NCBI GenBank assembly: GCA_051874735.1
Contig: JBJEGD010000022.1
Coordinates: 32,402 to 96,401 of the forward strand
Direction of reading: 5' to 3'
Length of the DNA: 64,000 bases
Origin: Candidatus Bruticola sp.
GTDB lineage: Bacteria > Vulcanimicrobiota > Xenobia > Xenobiales > Xenobiaceae
Positions 52,893 through 62,001 of the stretch are shown in pieces. The notes under the pieces were generated by a model. The model was not told where the DNA came from and did not search any database. It saw nothing but the letters and a program-made list of their open reading frames with translations. The position numbers and the translations under genes were made by a program. Every line of letters begins with the position of its first letter. The first letter of the stretch is position 1.

Positions 52893-55154
52893 TTGAACAA
52901 AATGTTTCCTTGGTTCCGCAAACGTATTATTGATCCAGTCAGACCTTTTTTTAAATTAGAGGGTCAAGTAGAACTCGCTTATGAAAATGGATCTGAATAC
53001 AAACTTCAAGACGGATATTTGTATGGTCAATTTTCTAACGTGCACGGAATTGAGGAAGCAAAAAGCTACTACCAGAATGAGCAGCCTGAACAGGCTGCTC
53101 AAGCTCTTCTCAAGTATTTTCGCAATCGTAAATCGCCCAAATTTTTTATCCACACTTCAGAGATAGAGTTACTTAAAGAGCGTTTAGCTAATTTTCCGAA
53201 CGTCATAAAAACACTGGATGCTCATGCCTCTCGGGCTATGGAGCACATATTTTACCCTTACGATTCAAGTCAGCCCGTAAATTTAGACAAATATATAAAC
53301 TGGTTCTACAATTTCTCTTACGGCAGCTGGCCTATGCTTCATGTAAAAGAACTTCGGAGAATGCTTGCCCCCGACAAGACTGATAAGCTCAGCGAGTCTC
53401 CCCTCGATGAACGTTTATCTTTCGATCGTACCTGGGATTTAAACAAACATTTCGATTTTTTAACCCTGGCACGTTCTTTTTGTCTTACTAACCGGAACAA
53501 TTTTGCTGCCGAAATAATGGTGCAAGCGATTACCTGGGGACAAAGCAACCCTCTCTGGATCGGAGTAAACTGGCTCAACTTCGATGTCGTAGCCATTCGT
53601 TTAATGAACTGGATGCTGGCTGTAAATATGTGCTTAAGCAGCACGGTTGTAACACCGCAGCTTTTTGCTGAAGTACTAAAATTTATGATTTTGCATGCAG
53701 CAGCCTTGAATTGGCATCTCACTCACGATCAAGTTCTATCGCTCCCTGCCGCTTCTTGTCTGTACATGTTTTCTGCCAATTTTCCTGAACTTAAATTGGC
53801 TAATCAATGGCAAAAATTAGCTCAAGCCAAACTGTCTGCACTTATAGAGCGAGAATTTGATGACTACGGATTCCATCTGAGCAGTTCCATTTACACCCAT
53901 TGCTCTGCCACGGAGTGGCTGCTTCTTCCTATTGTACAGCATATGCACAATAGAACTATCCCCCCTAATTTTCTTGCTGAAGCCTGTGTGCGCGCTCTTG
54001 ATGCTTTGCAAGCTATGAATGGTATAGGCAAAGTTGTTCCGCGCATCGGGAATTACAGTACACCAGGATTTTTAGGACGGTTCGTCTCAATTTCTGAATA
54101 TGCAAGGAGTTTGCTCTGTTTGGGAGCCGTGGCTTTAAACTGCGGACAATGGTCTTACGCCATTCAAAATATGCCGAGCGAACTTTTATGGTGGTTGGGG
54201 CCAGATGCTTCCGAACAATTTAAGTCTGTAATCCCTTATGCTCCAACTATAAATCAATTTTACTTTTCAACTGCTGGTATAGGTATTATCAGAGACGGTT
54301 GGGAAGAAAATAGCGCCCAAATTATTGTCAAGGGGTGCCCGCCCAAGAAATACAGCCACGATTTTTATCATCCACCTAATTTGACCACAGTTCCAGAGAC
54401 AGATCATTGTGACTTTTTGTCGTTCATTCTGACTATAGGGAAAGAGTCTTTCTTAATAGACGCTGGCTCTCCCAACTGTTCAATTTCTGACCAAGACTAC
54501 TTCGATAGCTTTACGTCTCATTCGGTTCCAATCATAATAGGCGAAGTAGAGCCTTGCAGAATAGCTCGTCTAGAAGATCTAGAAAAAAAAGAGCTGCCTC
54601 TATGTCCCAATTATATAGAAAATATAAATAAAGGGGAGCGTTTATTCTGCTCACCTCTCTACAAAAGTACACTTGGCCAAGATGTTATTTTTACAGCTAA
54701 GAGACAAGCAAAACTAAACAATGGCACGATGGTAATAATTGAACGCAAACTGCGCGTTAAAGCAGGCGAGCAAAGGATTTTCATCAGAGATATAATCAGC
54801 GGGACCTCACCTAATACTCAAATTACATTAGCTAACAGACTGTTGTTTGCCCCTAAACTGCGCAGTTTTATAAGAAGAGGCAGCATGGGATGTAAGGCTA
54901 TAGGCGAAAATTTCAGCGCAATAGTGGTACCTTATTTCCCCGTAGGAGCTCGCGATAAGGAAAAAAGAGCCAATACTTATTCTAAAGGATACTACTACGA
55001 CAATGAACGCAATAAAGTTATCACTACTAAACTGATACGAATACGCTACAGCGGAGAGACAGAACAACCTATTAGTAGCTACTTTGTCATAGACTGGACT
55101 GGTTATGAACCGCCTAAATTTACTATGGCTGAGCTCGATTTAATGTTTGATTAA
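52893..55154 (+). CDS. Heparinase II/III-like protein (divergent)
   Basis: WDLNKH, W..SNP...GVNW....VAIRLMNW (N-terminal alpha-toroid), HCDFLSF, FLIDAG, SHS; 12 nt downstream of the DegT gene. Confidence 0.7.
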   Translation: MNKMFPWFRKRIIDPVRPFFKLEGQVELAYENGSEYKLQDGYLYGQFSNVHGIEEAKSYYQNEQPEQAAQALLKYFRNRKSPKFFIHTSEIELLKERLANFPNVIKTLDAHASRAMEHIFYPYDSSQPVNLDKYINWFYNFSYGSWPMLHVKELRRMLAPDKTDKLSESPLDERLSFDRTWDLNKHFDFLTLARSFCLTNRNNFAAEIMVQAITWGQSNPLWIGVNWLNFDVVAIRLMNWMLAVNMCLSSTVVTPQLFAEVLKFMILHAAALNWHLTHDQVLSLPAASCLYMFSANFPELKLANQWQKLAQAKLSALIEREFDDYGFHLSSSIYTHCSATEWLLLPIVQHMHNRTIPPNFLAEACVRALDALQAMNGIGKVVPRIGNYSTPGFLGRFVSISEYARSLLCLGAVALNCGQWSYAIQNMPSELLWWLGPDASEQFKSVIPYAPTINQFYFSTAGIGIIRDGWEENSAQIIVKGCPPKKYSHDFYHPPNLTTVPETDHCDFLSFILTIGKESFLIDAGSPNCSISDQDYFDSFTSHSVPIIIGEVEPCRIARLEDLEKKELPLCPNYIENINKGERLFCSPLYKSTLGQDVIFTAKRQAKLNNGTMVIIERKLRVKAGEQRIFIRDIISGTSPNTQITLANRLLFAPKLRSFIRRGSMGCKAIGENFSAIVVPYFPVGARDKEKRANTYSKGYYYDNERNKVITTKLIRIRYSGETEQPISSYFVIDWTGYEPPKFTMAELDLMFD

Positions 55155-55199
55155 ATTGTATCCAGTCAAAAATTATAATAAAAGTAAATAAAGACAGAT

Positions 55200-55235
55200 A
55201 GGCCCCCGCTCAAGCATAATAGAAAGCGGGGGCCT
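55200..55235. terminator. Hairpin between convergent genes
   Basis: aggcccccgct / agcgggggcct, perfect 11-bp stem. Confidence 0.7.
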
Positions 55236-55285
55236 CTTATGTTGTCTCAAAGCCGACCCATATAAAATGGGACGGCCGCCTCAAT

Positions 55286-56275
55286 CTACTTCTGAGCAGC
55301 GCAATTAATATAGCCCATTACATTGGCGCTGTTTAAACTATAACTTCTTCTGGCCACTGAATCGGAAGAGTTGCCTTCAATAGTATAAACCTTACCGTTG
55401 GCAACTTTTTCTACGATGCCAATATGATCGGAAGTACCATCACCCTGCCAATCGAAGAGAATAGCATCGCCGGGTTGAGGAGTGTAAGAACCACGTCCAG
55501 CCCAAATATTTTCCTTCTTGGCCCAATTGACAATAGTAGGGCAATAGTTTACGTTAGAGCAGGAAGAAGTATCGAGCACGCCATGATCTTTGAGCATATT
55601 CATGGCCCAAGCAGCACACCACGGAGTGGTCTGACAATTAATACCACTCTTCTTAGTAATAGCATTGATTGAAGAAGCATTGGACTTTTCAGTCATACCG
55701 ACCATAGCTCCAGCATCGGATAACAATCCGCTGACACCTGTGTTAGCACCATAGTTACCGTTATTGCCTACACTGCTGGTACCCAGGCCGGAGGATCCTA
55801 CAACACTGGCGGCCACAGAGCTAAGATCCATACCCTGAAGCATATCCCCATACTGAGATATCATAGACTTGCACAGTACATCAATAGTAGAATCGCTCAT
55901 GCCGGGGAAGTAAGTTTTGAGATACTGAGTAAGCATCTTGGTGGCTTCTTTAGTTGTCTCATTATCTACCTTAGGGTTAGTGTCCATACTTCCAACAATT
56001 GCCTGCAGGAAATCTTCAAAACTTCCACCAGAGTAAAATGATTTCAGGCAGGCAGCCATCGTTTTGCCTTCACTGCCAGCAGCTTCAAGCCCCTTAATCT
56101 GAGAATCGATCAAATCTTGGGACAATCCCATCATGCCTTGATTGCCACCAAACACAGAAGTGGCGGATACACCGGTATTAGCCATACTAGAATACATTGC
56201 TTGAGAATTGGCAAGATCTTGACCAATCATGTTGTTCATGCCAGACATGGTAGATGTGTTCAATAGCGCGTTCAT
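55286..56275 (-). CDS. CHAP-domain peptidoglycan hydrolase with a Met/Gly/Ser-rich N-terminal region
   Basis: PWCAAWA (catalytic Cys), PQPGDAILFDW, DHIGIVE (His), TIEGN. Start set at ATG 56275, after GAGAGG. Confidence 0.88.
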   Translation of the reverse strand: MNALLNTSTMSGMNNMIGQDLANSQAMYSSMANTGVSATSVFGGNQGMMGLSQDLIDSQIKGLEAAGSEGKTMAACLKSFYSGGSFEDFLQAIVGSMDTNPKVDNETTKEATKMLTQYLKTYFPGMSDSTIDVLCKSMISQYGDMLQGMDLSSVAASVVGSSGLGTSSVGNNGNYGANTGVSGLLSDAGAMVGMTEKSNASSINAITKKSGINCQTTPWCAAWAMNMLKDHGVLDTSSCSNVNYCPTIVNWAKKENIWAGRGSYTPQPGDAILFDWQGDGTSDHIGIVEKVANGKVYTIEGNSSDSVARRSYSLNSANVMGYINCAAQK

Positions 56276-56445
56276 AAGAAAGACCTCTCTTTTAAAACTA
56301 GACTTGTCTATATTTTCAATACATTCTACATTAAAGTAAAGGCCTATTGGCAGACAACTAGACAAAAAATAAAAAATGCCTCTTACCCTGACCGTTACTA
56401 AAGTGTAATGCTCAAAGAAAAGGCACTGTAAAAGAAGCTAATGCA

Positions 56446-57642
56446 CTAACTCATACTGCTCACTTGACGAGTTTGCTCTACTCCTTCAACCATATTCTCT
56501 AATGCGGCATCCAACTCTTCATCGGTAACTTCTCCGCCATTTTGCATATGTTCGCATACATAATAGGCATTTTCAAGTTTAGTCAAACCTTCTTCAATCG
56601 CTTCACGTGATAGAATTAAAGCTTCCCCCATAGGAGCAGAAGTATTAAAGGCACTCTCTGGTAGAGAAGTATATTTGGACTTCAAATCTTCAACAAAAGC
56701 AGCATATTCGCTCAACCCCTCAGAAAAAGCCCCCCAGCAATCGTTGCCATCTCTTAGGCCGCTTATGCAGTCCAATATAGTTTGCACACAGCTAGGCAAG
56801 TTGGTGCAACCACAGCATTCACTGTCATTTTCTTCCATAACAAGACGGTCTGGTAAGCGCAAACCGCAATTAGGACAACGCTTATCCCATTCTCCCAATT
56901 TAACTCCGCACTTAGGACAACTCCAGTTCAAAGAGCATTCCTTAGCCTGCTTTTTAGCTTTAATTTCTTTATATTTGGTAATCATTACCTCGCTGGCCGT
57001 TTTAAACGAATCTAAAGCTGCCGAAAGTTCCTCTTGCTTTCGCTGTTCACAAACTTTGAATAACCAATCCAAAGCTTCACAATAATCCTCTATGTGATCC
57101 GGAAGCGAATTACAAGCTACTAAACGCTCAAAAGCCGAACGAAGCGAGTCTAGGCAAGTTTCTAACATATCCCAATCGCGTCGGCCCTCAAGTACCGCTA
57201 TCCCAGCTTTCAACACACTATCAATGCCCATAAACTCAGACATTTTAGTTTTAGCTTTCTTCAACTCTTCTAATTTGGCCAAGCTCTTTTCAGTTTCATG
57301 CAACTGACTTACTAACGCATTGACGTCACGTACAGCCCCTTCGGCATCTTCACCTTTTAAATCGCAAATGAGAGATGACAAAACGCCGGCCACACCTTCA
57401 AAGTCGGTATACACCTGAGCGATATGAGGCAATTCCTCTTCATTATAATCGTAACCGCGCACACTGTACTTAAAGGCCAATATAAAAGCAGACATCACCA
57501 CATCACATTGATGCAGTTCATCACGTAACTGCATCAATGGTTCTTTATTAGCGATACAATGTTCTAAACCGCTTACAAAAGCGCGCAAATGGGGGATTAA
57601 TTTAGGAAAAGAATCATCCAGCTTAGGCAATGTATCCAGCAT
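56446..57642 (-). CDS. Hypothetical helical protein with a central zinc ribbon (paralog A)
   Basis: CPKCG-x9-CPNCG; SD GGAGG; similar along its length to the upstream ORF. Confidence 0.8.
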   Translation of the reverse strand: MLDTLPKLDDSFPKLIPHLRAFVSGLEHCIANKEPLMQLRDELHQCDVVMSAFILAFKYSVRGYDYNEEELPHIAQVYTDFEGVAGVLSSLICDLKGEDAEGAVRDVNALVSQLHETEKSLAKLEELKKAKTKMSEFMGIDSVLKAGIAVLEGRRDWDMLETCLDSLRSAFERLVACNSLPDHIEDYCEALDWLFKVCEQRKQEELSAALDSFKTASEVMITKYKEIKAKKQAKECSLNWSCPKCGVKLGEWDKRCPNCGLRLPDRLVMEENDSECCGCTNLPSCVQTILDCISGLRDGNDCWGAFSEGLSEYAAFVEDLKSKYTSLPESAFNTSAPMGEALILSREAIEEGLTKLENAYYVCEHMQNGGEVTDEELDAALENMVEGVEQTRQVSSMS

Positions 57643-57693
57643 GGGACCTCCGAAAAATTGTCTTGTCGTACAGATAAAAAACAGAAAAGATAA

Positions 57694-58908
57694 TTATTTT
57701 TTAGAATTGCGATATTTTTGAGCTAAACCACCTATACTGCGCATCTCATTTACAGCTTCAGCCATAACTTCTAGAGCACACTGCATATGAAACCGATCTA
57801 CAGGAGGTTCAAATTCTTCTAAAAGCTCTACTGCCTTAGAGAAGTTATCTATGCAAGTATTAGCAAGGTCTATAATACCATCAATATTTTCACGTTCTTC
57901 TGGAGTTGTTTTCAACTTAGAAGAAGACATTTTATTAAGGCGTGAAGAAGCGTCAGCGACACGGCGTCGCAGCTCACCTACAGCCCTCTTGAAGGGACGT
58001 ATCATTTTAGGATTGTTGGGAAGTTCTTTGGCTACATCGAAAATACGCTGTACATACTCAGGCATTCCGCTAATTGCCTCGCTCTTATCAGCATCTTTGC
58101 CTAGTGAGCTACCTCGCTCAAACTCTTCGGGCATTCTGGCTCCACAAGCGAAACATTTCTTGCTTCCTCCCAGCATAGGCTTACCGCAATAAGGGCACAG
58201 CCCTACAGATGAAGTTTCGACATCAATCTGACTGTCCTGGAAATTGACAAGTTCTTCTCCACTCGACTTAACTTCTTCCAGGACCTCAGGTAATGCTTCC
58301 AAATTTCTTTCGTTGAGTACTTCAACTAAGCGCTCTAAAGCGTGATCGTGACGGATCAACTCTTCAGGCAGTCCACTGCCAGAAACTATCTCATTCCATT
58401 GGGGAATAAGCGCCTCTAAACGGGCACTCAGAGCATCCCACTCAGCCCCGTTAGTTTCTAACACAAAATTGCCAGCGCGCAGCAAACTATCTACGACTGG
58501 CACCTCAGAATAAATATGGCTATCACCTACAGCGGCTTTCAAGTCCATATTTAATTCTTCCAAATCTTTTAAATGTTCGTATATGCTGGCCACACAATTA
58601 ACCGCCGCTGCTGTAGCATCCATACTCAAAGCGGTTTCTAATTTTGCCATTTCCGAACTCATACGCGTAAAAAGAAGCACTATTTCGTTGATCGCTTCAT
58701 TCCTCTCGGGAGGAAGTTCTTTCAAACGTAACACTTCCATAAAGTTGCCCAAAGCTGTCCCGAGAGCTATATCGCACTGGCGAAATTCAAAGGCTGTACA
58801 GCCCAAACTTACTCCACCAGCTACACATTCAGACATAATTTTTACCAACTGTCTGAAAGAAGGAATTATACGAGGAAAATTGTCATCTAGAAGAGGGAAT
58901 TTAGCCAT
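57694..58908 (-). CDS. Hypothetical helical protein with a central zinc ribbon (paralog B)
   Basis: CPYCG-x9-CFACG; N-terminus FPLLDDNFPRIIP matches LPKLDDSFPKLIP of paralog A. Confidence 0.8.
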   Translation of the reverse strand: MAKFPLLDDNFPRIIPSFRQLVKIMSECVAGGVSLGCTAFEFRQCDIALGTALGNFMEVLRLKELPPERNEAINEIVLLFTRMSSEMAKLETALSMDATAAAVNCVASIYEHLKDLEELNMDLKAAVGDSHIYSEVPVVDSLLRAGNFVLETNGAEWDALSARLEALIPQWNEIVSGSGLPEELIRHDHALERLVEVLNERNLEALPEVLEEVKSSGEELVNFQDSQIDVETSSVGLCPYCGKPMLGGSKKCFACGARMPEEFERGSSLGKDADKSEAISGMPEYVQRIFDVAKELPNNPKMIRPFKRAVGELRRRVADASSRLNKMSSSKLKTTPEERENIDGIIDLANTCIDNFSKAVELLEEFEPPVDRFHMQCALEVMAEAVNEMRSIGGLAQKYRNSKK

Positions 58909-58995
58909 TGTAGGTGTGAAGTTCTAGCGCTCTGCAGCCCTTCCTGTATTTTTTACCGGCAATAAAACATAAAATTTAACTTGATACCCCAGGCA

Positions 58996-59037
58996 AAGCG
59001 CAGATAAAAGCGGCACCCCAAGCGTTTATCTGCGCTT
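58996..59037 (-). terminator. Hairpin downstream of the 59062-60048 gene
   Basis: aagcgcagataaa / tttatctgcgctt, perfect 13-bp stem. Confidence 0.65.
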
Positions 59038-59061
59038 CTATAGTGTAAAAAATGTTATAAA

Positions 59062-60048
59062 CTATTTTGCAGTAACAACAGAGGGCAAGTCATTTTTATC
59101 TGAAGAGAATTTGGAACTAACAGTGCGGACAGGAATTTGTCCTAAAACAGCAGCAGTCCCCAAACTAGAAAGTGAACTACAGCCTCTGCGGGGAACAATC
59201 ATACTGAGACCGCGTTTTTGCCCTTCCTGAGCTACACAATTCATACTTTTTTCCGCAATAGCCTCCATTTCTTTAATTTGGCGATACAAATATTCCAACT
59301 TTTGCCAAGACTTCGCTATTTTTTGCAACTGCTGAGAAGCAGAAGTAGCTAATTTTAAGCCAGAATTAAGCAAACTTTGGGCTCCTAAGCTTAGTTTTTT
59401 ACCCTCTTGTTGCATAGCCATCCCTTGCTGCTTTAAAGCTTTGCCTTTACTTATCATAGCTAAGCCTGCAGCTTTAGAAAAAGGGCAAGCAGCCAAAGCT
59501 CGTCCCGCCGCCTCTAAAGCTGCTCCAGAAGCATAAAGAGCAACTCCGGAAGTTATTTGAGCTAAAGCACACTGTCTCATCTGGGTAGCACTCTGTTTTA
59601 GTTTAAGGCTCAGAGCATTTAATTGTGAGGCAGCACTTTGGCTTTGAGTTAAAGCGGTCGACTGCAGAAGATACTTTTGTTCCTCAGTCTGAGCTTGACG
59701 AGAGATTTGCAAATTGCGCCTATACTCGGACTGCAGCTGCTCATTAGAGAGAGATTCCGCTTCATTAGCTTCTAAGCCACTGAGCCTCAGCCAGGAAACT
59801 GCACCATTATAGGAGTTAGTTTCCAACTGTCCCGAATTTATCGAAGACGCGTCCACACCACTATTAGTAGATTCTGCCGTTAAAATTTTCACTCTACTAT
59901 CAGAAGCGGAATAAAGGTCGCCGCTATGGCCCAGTAAAGACTGCGTTTTTAGATAGTCGGCATTAGAATAAGGTGCTGAAAAGGCGGCTAAATTACTACG
60001 GCAACAAGTGAAACTACCATCGCATGAACCTAATATAGTATTGTTCAC
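59062..60048 (-). CDS. Hypothetical Ser/Gln/Ala-rich coiled-coil protein with a central Ala/Gly-rich hydrophobic segment
   Basis: 328-aa ORF, GTG start after AGGGGGG; heptad Gln/Leu regions flank ITSGVALYASGAALEAAGRALAACPFSKAAGLAM. Confidence 0.7.
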   Translation of the reverse strand: MNNTILGSCDGSFTCCRSNLAAFSAPYSNADYLKTQSLLGHSGDLYSASDSRVKILTAESTNSGVDASSINSGQLETNSYNGAVSWLRLSGLEANEAESLSNEQLQSEYRRNLQISRQAQTEEQKYLLQSTALTQSQSAASQLNALSLKLKQSATQMRQCALAQITSGVALYASGAALEAAGRALAACPFSKAAGLAMISKGKALKQQGMAMQQEGKKLSLGAQSLLNSGLKLATSASQQLQKIAKSWQKLEYLYRQIKEMEAIAEKSMNCVAQEGQKRGLSMIVPRRGCSSLSSLGTAAVLGQIPVRTVSSKFSSDKNDLPSVVTAK

Positions 60049-60286
60049 AAAAAATTTCCCCCCTTAATATTTTTATAGGCTGTAGTAAACAGCTCCCTGC
60101 ACATTTTAACATAAACCAACAAAATAAGCCAAAATAATATCTTAAACTTAGAAGTTTACCTTTACTTAAAAATAATATCGAATTATATAATAGAATTTTA
60201 ACGTTCTAAAATTAATAAAAAAAGTCCCAGGCACAACTTAAATATAAGCGGTCGGGACTCCAAAGCTCAATTACTCCATATTAAAA

Positions 60287-61975
60287 CTAATACTGATAAA
60301 TACTACCACCTAAAAATTCGCGCAATACAGAATTTTTAGGTACCCACTCCGAATCCATGGGCACAACTTTTGTTAAGAAGCGCAGCATATCTCTAGCCAT
60401 AGTATAAGCAGGGCTGTCTTCGGGGACTTCCAACAAATATGGCCAAGCATAATGGCGGAACACAGCTAATTCATAAGCTAAAGCTGAATTGAACATGGCG
60501 TCTGAACGACTTTGATAAGGGAAAATATATTTATTTTCTCCTCGGCGAACACTAGGCCAACGCATAATTGTACTTACGGCTGAGATACCTCGATAGCGCC
60601 GGTCTCTAATAATGCGACGCAGCAATCGGGCATAAGTAGTAGGCACCCTGTTGGCCTTATCCATGTTTAACTGTGGCAAAGCACTGACAAAAAGCGCATA
60701 GCGGTTCTCTTTAGCAACAGCATCTGTAATAGCAGGGTTTAAGCCGTGAATCCCCTCAATCAGCAAAATTTGCTCATCAGCCAAGCAAACAGCTTTCTCA
60801 TTTTCAGCTGGGCCAGGACGCTGGCTAACAAAATCGTAGTGAGGGATTTTAGTGGATTTGCCTTCAACTAACGACTGCAGATCGCTCTGAATGCGCTTTA
60901 AATTAAGCGCTTCTATGGCCTCGAAATCATAATCTCCTTTTTCATCGCGCGGACACAACTCACAAGGGAGATAATAATCGTCAAGACCGACATAAACTGT
61001 GCGCCTGCCCATAGCTTGTAAATGGGTAGAGAGCCGACGTACAGTACTAGTCTTTCCTGAACTAGAAGGGCCGGAAATAAAGACAACTTTAACCTTAGGG
61101 CGAGAAATAATATCGCGAACGATTTGACCAATGCGCAACTCGTGTAAAGTTTCGCTTACCTGAACTAAATTCTGTCCCTCACCATTTAGGATCATCTTGT
61201 TCAGTTTGCCCACAGTATCGATGTTCATGCGTTTATTCCACTCTTTAGCCTGCATCGCGGCTCCCAACATAAACTCTTTAAGTTCCTTAGACGGAAGTTG
61301 CACAGGTTCTTGAGCTAAAAGCAAACCTTCTTCCATACCTACAACCTTTATAGAACGCAAGAAACCAGCATCAGGTACAAATGGACCGTAAGCTAAGTCG
61401 GTATAATTGCCGATATTAACGATACCAAAGCTGGGGCCGACCCAACAGTTAACGACATAACGACGATCGCCATCGGGATCATCAATCATGTTCAAAGCTG
61501 CCGAAGGAGCAACCGAACTAGTTTTAAAAGGCGTATTTTTAGCGCAGAGATAAGTAAATTTTTTGTTTACTTCTTCTCCGAAAGCCTCAATATCACTGAC
61601 ATTTTTTACATTGAAGAAAAGCTGACTATGCAAAGATTGCCCGATTTCCAGAACAGCTTCAGAATTAACCAACTTAGCCGCATAGACCAACAAATGAGCG
61701 GAGCTGCGCATAATAATATGACGACCAAAATAATCATCTTGAGTCAGAGGAGTTACAGTGCAATTAGAAGTTATACGCGACTTTAAATCGACAATTTCCC
61801 CATCAACCTGAGCGCCCACGCAGCCGACTTCGCGCAAATGTTTCATACATAGCACAAACTTCAAGGCCTGCTCTGTACTGTCAATTCCAAGTAGATCACG
61901 ACAAAGGACGTCACAAACAAAAGTATCATTGGAAACTTCTTGAACGCCATGAGGCAACACAACTTTACATAACAT
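60287..61975 (-). CDS. Uridine/nucleoside kinase family protein with an N-terminal ThrRS-like (TGS) region
   Basis: ISGPSSSGKT, LDDYY, DFEAIEAL, IEGIHGLNP, RLLRRIIRD, W.SVRRGE..YIFPYQ. Confidence 0.9.
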   Translation of the reverse strand: MLCKVVLPHGVQEVSNDTFVCDVLCRDLLGIDSTEQALKFVLCMKHLREVGCVGAQVDGEIVDLKSRITSNCTVTPLTQDDYFGRHIIMRSSAHLLVYAAKLVNSEAVLEIGQSLHSQLFFNVKNVSDIEAFGEEVNKKFTYLCAKNTPFKTSSVAPSAALNMIDDPDGDRRYVVNCWVGPSFGIVNIGNYTDLAYGPFVPDAGFLRSIKVVGMEEGLLLAQEPVQLPSKELKEFMLGAAMQAKEWNKRMNIDTVGKLNKMILNGEGQNLVQVSETLHELRIGQIVRDIISRPKVKVVFISGPSSSGKTSTVRRLSTHLQAMGRRTVYVGLDDYYLPCELCPRDEKGDYDFEAIEALNLKRIQSDLQSLVEGKSTKIPHYDFVSQRPGPAENEKAVCLADEQILLIEGIHGLNPAITDAVAKENRYALFVSALPQLNMDKANRVPTTYARLLRRIIRDRRYRGISAVSTIMRWPSVRRGENKYIFPYQSRSDAMFNSALAYELAVFRHYAWPYLLEVPEDSPAYTMARDMLRFLTKVVPMDSEWVPKNSVLREFLGGSIYQY

Positions 61976-62001
61976 GAAATATGTCTCTCCCCTGATCTCA
62001 A

